Assembly: GCA_051439375.1 (NCBI GenBank)
Contig: JBFRWB010000212.1
Span: 11,144-35,143 of the forward strand
DNA: 24,000 nucleotides
Direction of reading: 5' to 3'
DNA from: Microcystaceae cyanobacterium
Lineage (GTDB): Bacteria > Cyanobacteriota > Cyanobacteriia > Cyanobacteriales > Microcystaceae
Shown: one piece after another, positions 7,180 to 15,724 of the stretch
How positions within the stretch are numbered: the first letter of the stretch is position 1
Layout: every line of letters begins with the position of its first letter
The notes under the pieces: model-generated
Seen by the model: the letters and a program-made list of their open reading frames with translations, nothing else
Told to the model about the DNA's origin: nothing
The model's database searches: none
Position numbers and translations under genes: made by a program

Positions 7180-8337
7180 ATGATTCAACATTCTTCTACC
7201 GAATATTCTGCCTTTGATCCTACCCTTCGTCAAGATAATGAAGAAGAAGACTATTTTGAATATTACTATGATGAACCGGGAAGCGAACCGGGGACTTTAA
7301 ATATTGAACCAGATGCTTTACCCTCTCAAATTGTTTTAATTGATTATGAACCGAATAACGCGATTTGTAAAAAGAAAGTAACCCCCAATGCTTTAATTCC
7401 TTATTTGGGAACAAATACAGTTTCTTGGATGGATATTCAAGGCTTAGGAAGTGAAACCGTTTTAAAGCAAGTTGGGGACATTTTTAAACTTCATCCGTTA
7501 CTCTTAGAAGATGTGGTCAATGCACCCCAACGCCCTAAAGTAGAAGACTATAATCAACAGTTAGTTATTATCGCACAAATGGTCAGTGCTAACCCAGATG
7601 AAATGGGGTTTGAAAGTGAGCAAGTAGGATTTGTTTTAGGGGAGAATTATTTATTAACCTTTCAAGAAGATGAAGAGGATTGTTTTAATACCGTTAGAAA
7701 TCGTATCAAAGAAAATCAAGGAAGAGTTCGGCAAAAAGGAGCGGATTATTTACTTTATTTACTTTTAGATGCACTGATTGATTATTACTTTCCTGTTTTA
7801 GAAGATTATGGCGATCGCATTGAAAATTTAGAAGATAAATTAGTCAGTCATCCCCATCATAATCATTTACAAGAAATCTATGATGTCAGACGGGAATTAT
7901 TATCCCTAAGACGGGCAATTTGGCCGTTAAGAAACGTGACTGATTTATTGATTCGTGGTCATTATCCTATTATCACCGATGAAGTTCGTTTTTATTTTCG
8001 AGATTGTTATGATCACGTGATTCAACTATTAGATATTGTAGAAACCTATCGAGAATTAGCCGCTAGTTTAATGGATGTTTACTTATCTTCGATGAGTAAT
8101 CGGATGAATGAAGTGATGCAGTTTTTAACCGTCATTTCGACTATTTTTATTCCCTTAACGTTTATCGCAGGGGTGTATGGTATGAACTTTGATAATATGC
8201 CAGAGTTACAGTGGACATGGGGCTATTATTTGTGTCTGGCAATCATGGGAATTGTGGCAGGCTGTTTATTATATTTCTTTTGGAAACAAGGATGGCTTCA
8301 ACATTTTTATCCCTTAGATCATAAAAGAAAAACATAA
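7180..8337 (+). CDS. corA: CorA-family divalent-cation (Mg2+/Co2+) transporter
   Basis: 385 aa with a cytoplasmic N-terminal domain, two C-terminal TM helices and the signature YGMNF (in AGVYGMNFDNMPEL). Confidence 0.9.
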   Translation: MIQHSSTEYSAFDPTLRQDNEEEDYFEYYYDEPGSEPGTLNIEPDALPSQIVLIDYEPNNAICKKKVTPNALIPYLGTNTVSWMDIQGLGSETVLKQVGDIFKLHPLLLEDVVNAPQRPKVEDYNQQLVIIAQMVSANPDEMGFESEQVGFVLGENYLLTFQEDEEDCFNTVRNRIKENQGRVRQKGADYLLYLLLDALIDYYFPVLEDYGDRIENLEDKLVSHPHHNHLQEIYDVRRELLSLRRAIWPLRNVTDLLIRGHYPIITDEVRFYFRDCYDHVIQLLDIVETYRELAASLMDVYLSSMSNRMNEVMQFLTVISTIFIPLTFIAGVYGMNFDNMPELQWTWGYYLCLAIMGIVAGCLLYFFWKQGWLQHFYPLDHKRKT

Positions 8338-8428
8338 CCCAATTTTGTTTTTAAAATCTCTTAATCATTTCCCTCTTTATCTTCCCTTACAATGAATAGT
8401 AAAAGGCTAGGCATCTGGGACAGACATT

Positions 8429-10066
8429 ATGAGCGATCGCATTTTTCTCTACGATACAACCCTCAGAGATGGGGCGCAACGGGAAGGAATTTCCCTCTCT
8501 CTGGCGGATAAGCTGAAAATTGCTCGTAAGTTAGATAAAATGGGAATTCCCTTTATTGAAGGGGGATGGCCGGGTGCAAATCCCAAAGATGTGACCTTTT
8601 TTTGGAAAATACGGGAAGAAACCCTAACACAAGCAGAAGTAGTGGCCTTTTGTTCAACCCGTCGGCCAAAGGTGAAAGTGGCAGAAGATCGGATGCTGCA
8701 AGGGATTTTAAACGCAGAAACTCGATGGGTGACTATTTTTGGAAAATCTTGGGATTTGCACGTCACAGAAGGGCTAAAAACCACCTTAGATGAGAATTTA
8801 GCCATGATTGGAGATACCATTGACTATCTTCGCAGTCAAAACCGTCGGGTGATTTACGATGCGGAACATTGGTTCGATGGTTATGCAGCTAACCCTGATT
8901 ATGCCCTAAAAACCCTCAAAACAGCCTTAGATGCTGGGGCTGAATGGTTGGTTTTTTGTGATACCAATGGAGGAAAACTGCCCCACGAAATTAGTCATAT
9001 TGTTCTCGAAGTGATTGAAGGCTTAAACTTAGACTTATCTAAGCCTAATTCCCCTCAATTGGGCATTCACACCCATAATGATGCTGGAACAGCTGTTGCA
9101 AATGCTTTAGCTGCTGTCAACGCTGGTGTTCGCATGGTACAAGGAACAATTAATGGTTATGGAGAACGATGTGGAAATGCTAATCTCTGTACCCTCATTC
9201 CTAATTTACAGTTAAAGATGGGATACGACTGTCTTGAGCCTCAGAAATTAGCTGAATTGACGACCAGTAGCCGATTAATTAGCGAAATCGTCAATTTAGC
9301 CCCAGATGATCACGCTCCCTATGTAGGACGCTCTGCTTTTGCTCATAAAGGCGGAATTCATGTCTCTGCTGTACAGCGCAATCCTTTGACTTACGAACAT
9401 ATTAAACCTGAAGATATTGGTAATGTGCGTCGTATTGTAATTTCTGAACAAGCAGGGTTAAGTAATGTTCTCTCCAAAGCCAAGTTATTTGGAATTCAAC
9501 TTAATAAGGAGGATGAAGCCTGTCGCCGTATTTTAGAGCGATTAAAGGAATTAGAAGGGCAAGGCTATCAATTTGAAGCAGCAGAAGCGAGTTTTGAACT
9601 CTTAATGCGTCATGCTTTAGGACAACGACCTAGTTTATTTGCTCTAAAAGGGTTTCAAGTCCATTGTGATATGTTGCAGGTAGATGAAGAAAGTAATGCT
9701 TTAGCAACTATTAAAGTTACCGTCGGTGGACAGGATTTACTAGAAGTTGCCGAAGGAAATGGACCTGTATCTGCCCTTGACCGAGCATTACGCAAGGCTT
9801 TGACCAATTTTTACCCTGAAATAGCCAATTTTCATTTAGCAGACTATAAGGTGAGAATTTTAGACGGGACTGAAGGAACATCGGCCAACACCCGCGTCTT
9901 GGTAGAATCAACTAATGGGAAGCAGCGATGGACGACGGTAGGGGTTTCGGGTAATATTCTCGATGCGTCTTATCAAGCGGTGGTAGAAGGGATTGAGTAT
10001 GGGTTAATGTTACAAGCTGATGTTTGTGAACTAGATAAAACACTGGTTGCGTCAATTAAAGAATAG
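8429..10066 (+). CDS. cimA: (R)-citramalate synthase (LeuA/CimA family, long form with C-terminal regulatory domain)
   Basis: 545 aa. The N-terminus IFLYDTTLRDGAQREGISLSLADKLKIARKLDKMGIPFIEGGWPGANPKD is the pattern I associate with the Geobacter/cyanobacterial CimA clade rather than canonical LeuA. HTHND metal site and a LeuA-dimer-like C-terminus are present. The CimA versus LeuA call is from memory. Confidence 0.75.
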   Translation: MSDRIFLYDTTLRDGAQREGISLSLADKLKIARKLDKMGIPFIEGGWPGANPKDVTFFWKIREETLTQAEVVAFCSTRRPKVKVAEDRMLQGILNAETRWVTIFGKSWDLHVTEGLKTTLDENLAMIGDTIDYLRSQNRRVIYDAEHWFDGYAANPDYALKTLKTALDAGAEWLVFCDTNGGKLPHEISHIVLEVIEGLNLDLSKPNSPQLGIHTHNDAGTAVANALAAVNAGVRMVQGTINGYGERCGNANLCTLIPNLQLKMGYDCLEPQKLAELTTSSRLISEIVNLAPDDHAPYVGRSAFAHKGGIHVSAVQRNPLTYEHIKPEDIGNVRRIVISEQAGLSNVLSKAKLFGIQLNKEDEACRRILERLKELEGQGYQFEAAEASFELLMRHALGQRPSLFALKGFQVHCDMLQVDEESNALATIKVTVGGQDLLEVAEGNGPVSALDRALRKALTNFYPEIANFHLADYKVRILDGTEGTSANTRVLVESTNGKQRWTTVGVSGNILDASYQAVVEGIEYGLMLQADVCELDKTLVASIKE

Positions 10067-10484
10067 TGATAAGCCATTATATCTAAATTTTTTTTAATAA
10101 ATTTATTACACGTATTTGTTAATATGAGTATGAATTTTATAGACTTAAGGTATGATAGCTCAGAAATCCCTAATTTAGAACAAATAAATTGTTCAATCTT
10201 TTTATTAAGCTTCTTATAAGTTAGCAAATATAAAATTATATTCCATAAAAGTAGTCCTACTTGATTGATTAATTGGTTATATTCTGATCTTTTGTAAACA
10301 GCAATAGATGACAAATTATTTTGCTCAATAGATTCTAAATCTTTCCTTAAAAATGTATCAAAGCGATATTCTTTTTCTGTTTTCAAGAACAAAAAAGCCA
10401 CCAACCATAAGCAAGACAGAAGATTGTAAGAAGTCCAACAGATAAAGTCCCAAAAAGACTTTTTATTCCATCTAAGGTTACCAT
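9973..10484 (-). pseudogene. Possible frameshifted gene for a small membrane-anchored protein in an AT-rich spacer
   Basis: A 33-codon ORF (ATG 10484..10482, stop 10385..10383; MVTLDGIKSLFGTLSVGLLTIFCLAYGWWLFCS) and the 143-aa TTG-initiated ORF 9973..10404 are in different frames. One extra T in the T6 run (plus-strand A6 at 10391..10396) would join them. The last 94 nt overlap the cimA 3' end in antisense. No family recognised. Confidence 0.3.
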
Positions 10485-10667
10485 AAAGATATTACCTAAT
10501 GATTAATCAACTACTCCCTTATCATAATACTAACTCTATAGCCCTATCATAACTTTCTGCTTTCTTTAGTGAACCAAATTGATAGACCGATAATCTGGTA
10601 TATTCTTAGTTAAGGAGATTTTAGGTAGAGTCTTCCTCGACATTTTTGATAAAAACTACAGTAGAAA

Positions 10668-11975
10668 ATGACAAACAGCGTATTCAAAATTGGATTACTC
10701 GGACTGGGAACAGTAGGAGCAGGAACCGCTAACATTATTCTTGATCCTTTAGGAAGAAACCCCCTCATACAAGAATTATCAATTCATCGGGTGGGAGTGC
10801 GATCACTTGATAAACCCCGTCATGTCTCCCTGTCTCCTGATCTGATGACAACAGACTTAGACTCTATCGTGAGTGACCCTGAAATTGATATTGTAGTAGA
10901 ACTGTTGGGAGGACTCGAACCAGCGAGGTCGATGATTTTAAAGGCGATCGCTCATAAAAAGCACGTTGTCACAGCAAATAAAGCCGTAATTGCCCGTTAT
11001 GGTGACGAAATCTACGAAGCAGCCAATCAAGCAGGGGTTTATGTCCTCTTAGAAGCAGCCGTTGGTGGCGGAATTCCCGTTATTAAACCCCTCAAACAGT
11101 CTATCGGTGCAAATCGAGTGAGCAGCATTGTCGGCATTGTAAATGGGACAACGAACTATATTTTGAGCCAAATGACCACCTATGGGGCTGATTTTGGCGA
11201 AGTTTTACGGGAAGCACAACAATTAGGCTATGCAGAAGCCGATCCCACCGCCGACGTAGATGGACTGGATGCAGCCGATAAAATCGCTATTCTCGCCTCT
11301 ATTGGCTTTGGTGGACGAGTACAACGGGAAGATGTCTATTGTGAAGGAATTCGCCAAATTAATGCCGTTGATATTCAATATGCTGATCGTTTAGGGTTTG
11401 TGATTAAATTATTAGCGATCGCCAAAGGCTCTCAAGGAGAAAAATCAGAAACGCTACAATTACGAGTGCATCCGACCTTAGTGGCTAAAAACCATCCTCT
11501 TGCCAGTATTAACGGGGTATTTAACGCTATTTTAGTGGAAGCTGACCCATTAGGACAGGTTATGTTCTATGGCCCCGGTGCCGGTGCAGGTCCCACTGCC
11601 AGCGCAGTTGTCTCTGATATTCTCAATATTGTGGGCATCCTCAAAAGTAGTACCCAACTCGAAAACCTTGATCCCCTTCTAAGTTGTACCCATCAGCACT
11701 ATTGCCAAATAACGCCCCTAGAAGCCATTAATACCCGCTTTTATGTGCGTTTCCTCACCCAAGACTTACCGGGGGTCATTGGACAATTAGGGACTTGTTT
11801 TGGTCAAAATAACGTCAGTTTGGAGTCTATTGTACAGATTGGTTTTCAGGAACAATCAGCAGAAATTGTCGTCGTAACTCATGAGGTTTGTGAAGGAGAT
11901 TTTCGCAAAGCATTAGCAGAAATTCGTCAGTCGAAAGCAATTAAAGACATTCCTGCGATTATTCGAGTGCTTTAA
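10668..11975 (+). CDS. hom: Homoserine dehydrogenase (with C-terminal ACT domain)
   Basis: 435 aa with NAD-binding IGLLGLGTVGAG, VVTANKA, GGGIPVI, ADPTADVDGLDAADK, and a C-terminal ACT-like segment (FYVRFLTQDLPGVIGQLG). Confidence 0.93.
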   Translation: MTNSVFKIGLLGLGTVGAGTANIILDPLGRNPLIQELSIHRVGVRSLDKPRHVSLSPDLMTTDLDSIVSDPEIDIVVELLGGLEPARSMILKAIAHKKHVVTANKAVIARYGDEIYEAANQAGVYVLLEAAVGGGIPVIKPLKQSIGANRVSSIVGIVNGTTNYILSQMTTYGADFGEVLREAQQLGYAEADPTADVDGLDAADKIAILASIGFGGRVQREDVYCEGIRQINAVDIQYADRLGFVIKLLAIAKGSQGEKSETLQLRVHPTLVAKNHPLASINGVFNAILVEADPLGQVMFYGPGAGAGPTASAVVSDILNIVGILKSSTQLENLDPLLSCTHQHYCQITPLEAINTRFYVRFLTQDLPGVIGQLGTCFGQNNVSLESIVQIGFQEQSAEIVVVTHEVCEGDFRKALAEIRQSKAIKDIPAIIRVL

Positions 11976-11985
11976 GGGGTTAAAT

Positions 11986-12891
11986 TTGCGATTTCTACCG
12001 TTTATTGGACAAGGGTTAAAAGTGGGGTTACTAGGGGGTGTTCTCCTTTTAACCCCTAATTCTGTTTTTCTGGCTCAAAATAACCCAAATCCTTTTTCAG
12101 AAGTTTGTCTTGAGCCTGTTTTGTCCCGTTTACAGCGTCATGTCTCCATCGAAGGAGAAACAGTTGAAAGTATTGCCCAACAATATGCCCTTGTTCCGAC
12201 AACCATACTAAGTTTAAACCCTCAATTGCAACAAGAACCTATTACATCGGGGATGGTGATACTTATTCCTCCTTTTAATGGTATTGCGATACAAGTCCCA
12301 GAAGGCGCAACGTGGAAAGATGTCGCTACAGCCTATGGAGTTCGTGCAGATGTACTCTTTGAACTGAATGGCTGTGAAGTCCCATCAGATATTGCCTTTA
12401 TTCCGGGAGTAAATTGGACAACTGAGGGCAGACAAAGACAAATCAGAGATTATACGGGATTATCTGGTTATCCCTTGCCTTTCATTGCACCAATTGGCTT
12501 ATCCTACGGTTGGCACTTAGATTCTGACACACAAAAGAATGTTTTTCATAGTGGTGTCGATTTATTAGCAGATGTTGGAACGCCAGTATTAGCTCCCGAA
12601 GCAGGACAGGTCATTTTTAAGGGAAATGAAGGAGCTTATGGATTTTTAGTGATTATTGACCACGGAGAAGGCCGTCAAACCAGATATGCCCATTTAAGCA
12701 GGATAACAGTAGAAATCGGGCAAACAGTCGCAACAGGCGATCAGTTAGGAAGTGTTGGGATATCTGGCCAACCTGATATTAGCGATCCCCACCTTCATTT
12801 TGAGGTACGCTATCGCTTACCTGTGGGTTGGGTTGCACAAGATCCGATGATTCATTTATCGGTTAAAGGGAGTTCTTTGGAAAGCAATTAG
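11986..12891 (+). CDS. Secreted LysM-domain M23 (LytM-type) metallopeptidase
   Basis: 301 aa with a TTG start and signal-like N-terminus. Two LysM-like segments (HVSIEGETVESIAQQYA..., IQVPEGATWKDVATAYGV...). M23 motifs HSGVDLLADVGTPVLAP and PHLHFEV. Confidence 0.88.
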   Translation: MRFLPFIGQGLKVGLLGGVLLLTPNSVFLAQNNPNPFSEVCLEPVLSRLQRHVSIEGETVESIAQQYALVPTTILSLNPQLQQEPITSGMVILIPPFNGIAIQVPEGATWKDVATAYGVRADVLFELNGCEVPSDIAFIPGVNWTTEGRQRQIRDYTGLSGYPLPFIAPIGLSYGWHLDSDTQKNVFHSGVDLLADVGTPVLAPEAGQVIFKGNEGAYGFLVIIDHGEGRQTRYAHLSRITVEIGQTVATGDQLGSVGISGQPDISDPHLHFEVRYRLPVGWVAQDPMIHLSVKGSSLESN

Positions 12892-12907
12892 TAACTGATC
12901 ACTGAAA

Positions 12908-14167
12908 TTACGGATTAACCATTGTTCCCATAAATAAAATTGTCCCTGTTTCTTGATGTCGAATAGCATAGAAAAAAGGACGATTAACAACCATTTGAAA
13001 CCCTTGATCTGGCTGCATGACTGAAGTGAGACTAATCCCAATAGAAGTAGCCGCCGCCGCTTCTGTTCCTTCTTCATTTACTTCAATAAAGGTTTTATGT
13101 TTTACTTGATCAATAACTACCGAATAAGAAGTCATTTGGGAAAAATTCGCTTTACTTGCAGAAAATCCATCTTGCATCCCTAAAGCTTGTAAATGGGTTT
13201 CTAAGTCTATCTCATATTCTGACTGAAAACGGGGTAACTTTAAGCTGCCTTCCCGACTTTGAAAATTATTAACCCATTGCTTCCAATTCTCTGGTGTTAA
13301 CTGTGCTAAAAATTCTTGTAATGTTTTATTATCTTTAGGTAAATAGACATCAAACCGCCAACCACCATCACCATAGGGTAAACTTACCCCTTGGAAATCC
13401 TCCGTTTCTTGATACAAAAAATCACCCTTTCTCATCATTAAATCACGTTTCTTAGTAGAACCATCAGTTAAGAAAAAATCCTCAGAACTGGTTAAAGTTT
13501 CATCAAATTCATATTGCCACGTCCCTTTAAAATAAACTGCATTAATCAAAAATAAAATATTCTCCTTGTCAATTGAGTCAATAATTTGATTTATTTTCCC
13601 GTCTGTTTTTTGAGAAACCCAGCGATTAATAATGCCAACGGATTGATTATTACTAAAATCTAAGTTGGTAATTTCTGCCTTAAAATACTGTCGATTATTC
13701 TTTAAAAACTGATGGCGGAAAGAAACATCTTGCTTCACCCAAAGAGAATTCGCAATGTTCATTTGCACCATGGAATCTGTCCTTTGTAGCGATCGCTGGA
13801 GCATCTTAGAGGCAAGATTAACCTCTTCTAAAGTCATGTTATCAAACCCTAACAATTGATTCATCTGAGTTTGAGTTTCACCATCCGCCCCATTATATAG
13901 AAGGGAGAGTGCGATCGCCACACTGGACGGGGAAACAAACAGATTTTCTGAGTCCGTCTCCTGAAGAATCTGAGAAAATAACTTAAAGCCAAATCTATTA
14001 TGGGCATTTGTAAGTTTTTGGAGCGATTTATTCTTATTTGGCGATCCTTGAGCCATATTTTCCACAATTGGTGATAAATTAAATCCTTTGGCTGCAACGA
14101 AAGGAAGTTGCCACAAAATGCCTAACAAAACCGTCACAGCAATCATGCGTCGTGAAAACATAATCAT
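12908..14167 (-). CDS. Secreted serpin (serine protease inhibitor), predicted inhibitory
   Basis: 419 aa with signal peptide MIMFSRRMIAVTVLLGILWQLPFVAA|KG. Serpin core motifs FSPSSVAIALSLLYNGA, INAVYFKGTW, and the C-terminal NRPFFYAIRH..TG.ILFMG. The hinge EEGTEAAAAT (from codon 13075..13073) fits the inhibitory consensus. Confidence 0.9.
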   Translation of the reverse strand: MIMFSRRMIAVTVLLGILWQLPFVAAKGFNLSPIVENMAQGSPNKNKSLQKLTNAHNRFGFKLFSQILQETDSENLFVSPSSVAIALSLLYNGADGETQTQMNQLLGFDNMTLEEVNLASKMLQRSLQRTDSMVQMNIANSLWVKQDVSFRHQFLKNNRQYFKAEITNLDFSNNQSVGIINRWVSQKTDGKINQIIDSIDKENILFLINAVYFKGTWQYEFDETLTSSEDFFLTDGSTKKRDLMMRKGDFLYQETEDFQGVSLPYGDGGWRFDVYLPKDNKTLQEFLAQLTPENWKQWVNNFQSREGSLKLPRFQSEYEIDLETHLQALGMQDGFSASKANFSQMTSYSVVIDQVKHKTFIEVNEEGTEAAAATSIGISLTSVMQPDQGFQMVVNRPFFYAIRHQETGTILFMGTMVNP

Positions 14168-14239
14168 CTATCTCCCTAATTTCCTTCCATTTTCTATCAT
14201 GACTCTATTCGGCACAAGAATTCCTTTGTTGTCAAATGT

Positions 14240-14259
14240 GTAACCAACTGTTACCAACT
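14240..14259. repeat. Tandem 10-mer direct repeat GTAACCAACT/GTTACCAACT in the divergent serpin/exbB spacer (possible operator)
   Basis: Two adjacent near-identical decamers, 14240..14249 and 14250..14259, followed by AACCGA. They lie between the divergently transcribed genes. Confidence 0.25.
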
Positions 14260-14393
14260 AACCGATCAAAAAATGAACAGAAGAGCGTTATACTTGATCG
14301 CTAAGGTCAAATGTTTAAAAGTGTAACAATATTATTAACTTTTCCTAAAGAAAATGTCCAATCGTTAAAGTTAAAAGGAGGTCAATTAATCAA

Positions 14394-15071
14394 ATGAATA
14401 TCGTAGAATTAATGCAAAAAGGAGGTTGGGCAATGTGGCCATTGCTCTTCCTCTCTGTTTTAGCCCTTAGCACTATCTTAGAACGTCTTTGGTTTTGGAT
14501 GAGACTTCTCCTACAAGAAGGACAAGTCGCCAACCGAGTCATTGAAGCCGCCACCCGTAATTGGGACGTAGCAACTAAAGTGGCTAGGGATCATCGCAAG
14601 CATCCCATGGGAAACTACCTCTATACGCCCTTAAAATTACCCAATCCCGATCCCGATGTCTTCCATATTGCCTTAGAAGGGGCAGCTGATGATGAATTAG
14701 CCTTAATGCGGCGAGGAGAAAAGGTATTAGAAGCGGTTATCGCCCTTTCTCCCTTGTTAGGACTCCTAGGAACAGTTCTTGGCTTAATTACCTCTTTAGG
14801 ATCGATCCAAATTAGCGAATTAGGGTCAACCAGTGGAGTAACCCAAGGAATTGGAGAATCTCTCATTTCTACTGCCACTGGGCTAATTGTAGCCATTATT
14901 AGCTTGGCTTTTTATCGCTTGTTTCAAGGATTCTGGTTTAATCAAGTGAGAATCTTTCGTAAAGCGGGTAGTCAACTAGAAGTTATTTATCGCCAACACT
15001 GGTTAGACAAAGAAGATCAGGTTTATGCCCTCAACAATGGTAGAGAAACCTCAGACATCATTGATAACTAA
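14394..15071 (+). CDS. exbB: MotA/TolQ/ExbB-family proton-channel protein
   Basis: 225 aa with three TM segments and family motifs [15 protein letters not shown] and [14 protein letters not shown]. Strong RBS AAAGGAGG upstream. Confidence 0.85.
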   Translation: MNIVELMQKGGWAMWPLLFLSVLALSTILERLWFWMRLLLQEGQVANRVIEAATRNWDVATKVARDHRKHPMGNYLYTPLKLPNPDPDVFHIALEGAADDELALMRRGEKVLEAVIALSPLLGLLGTVLGLITSLGSIQISELGSTSGVTQGIGESLISTATGLIVAIISLAFYRLFQGFWFNQVRIFRKAGSQLEVIYRQHWLDKEDQVYALNNGRETSDIIDN

Positions 15072-15103
15072 CAAATATTGGTAATTTATCACGGATAATT
15101 GAA

Positions 15104-15724
15104 ATGACTGATACCGCAACTCGCAACCCTTCTCGTCCCAAAAAGAAATCGGCTGTAATGGCACGTCCCCTTAATTTATGGCAAGATAATTCCCAAAATC
15201 AGGAAGTCCGCATCGAAATTATGCCATTAATTGACGTAATATTCTGTATCTTAACCTTTTTTATCTTAGGCGCAGTGGAATTTTCCCGTCAACAGGCGAT
15301 TCAGTTAGATTTACCCAAAGCTACAACTGGAACGCCTCAAATGAGGGAGATGTTAGTAGTCAGTCTTGATGATTTTGGCCGCATCTACGTCACCAAACCT
15401 CAAACTACCTTGAATACAGGTAGTGCAACAGACAAACCCCAACCCGAACCTGTCACTCAGCAACAGCTTTACTCTGCCTTAGAAAATTATCAAAAAATGA
15501 CCCCAGATGGCCGTATCGTTCTCCATGCGTCCCGTAACGTGAGTTACAACGAAGTCGCTCAAGTTTTAGACACTTTACGACAAGTTGGGGGAAGTCGAGT
15601 TGCCTTGGCCACTTTACCCGGAGAAGCGACCTCCACCAATAATCCATCTTCCCCGAATCGTCCGTCTTCTCCTAATTCTTCTACTTTTCCCACTCCTCAG
15701 TTAAATCTACCCAATACCCCTTAA
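15104..15724 (+). CDS. exbD: ExbD/TolR-family biopolymer transport protein with a Pro/Ser-rich C-terminal tail
   Basis: 206 aa with the typical IEIMPLIDVIFCILTFFIL TM anchor and a periplasmic domain (RIVLHASRNVSYNEVAQVLDTLRQVG). The low-complexity tail is PSSPNRPSSPNSSTFPTPQ. The start may instead be the internal Met at codon 19. Confidence 0.85.
   Translation: MTDTATRNPSRPKKKSAVMARPLNLWQDNSQNQEVRIEIMPLIDVIFCILTFFILGAVEFSRQQAIQLDLPKATTGTPQMREMLVVSLDDFGRIYVTKPQTTLNTGSATDKPQPEPVTQQQLYSALENYQKMTPDGRIVLHASRNVSYNEVAQVLDTLRQVGGSRVALATLPGEATSTNNPSSPNRPSSPNSSTFPTPQLNLPNTP

Noticed and set aside
3757-9911. Short ORFs inside or antisense to the RND, 6-TM, corA and cimA genes (3757..3945, 4609..4926, 6720..6905, 7220..7414, 8449..8820, 8566..8793, 9717..9911)
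   Set aside because: All are nested within long, motif-supported genes and have biased, low-complexity or Arg/Ser-rich translations. They are treated as frame shadows.
10067-10120. AT-only inverted repeat (AAATTTTTTTTAATAAATTT) after cimA as a rho-independent terminator
   Set aside because: The stem would consist solely of A:T pairs with negligible stability, so it cannot be supported as a terminator from sequence alone.
1-14167. The serpin as the cognate inhibitor of the left-edge trypsin-like peptidase
   Set aside because: The genes are about 12 kb apart with unrelated housekeeping genes between them. The serpin has a signal peptide while the peptidase has none, so they sit in different compartments. 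The predicted P1 (Thr/Leu region) gives no specific support.
14394-15724. MotA/ExbB-like plus ExbD pair as a possible Zorya-like or other motor-driven defence system
   Set aside because: Both proteins have ordinary ExbB/ExbD lengths and motifs. ZorA-type proteins carry long C-terminal tails, and no ZorC/D-like, nuclease or helicase genes are nearby.
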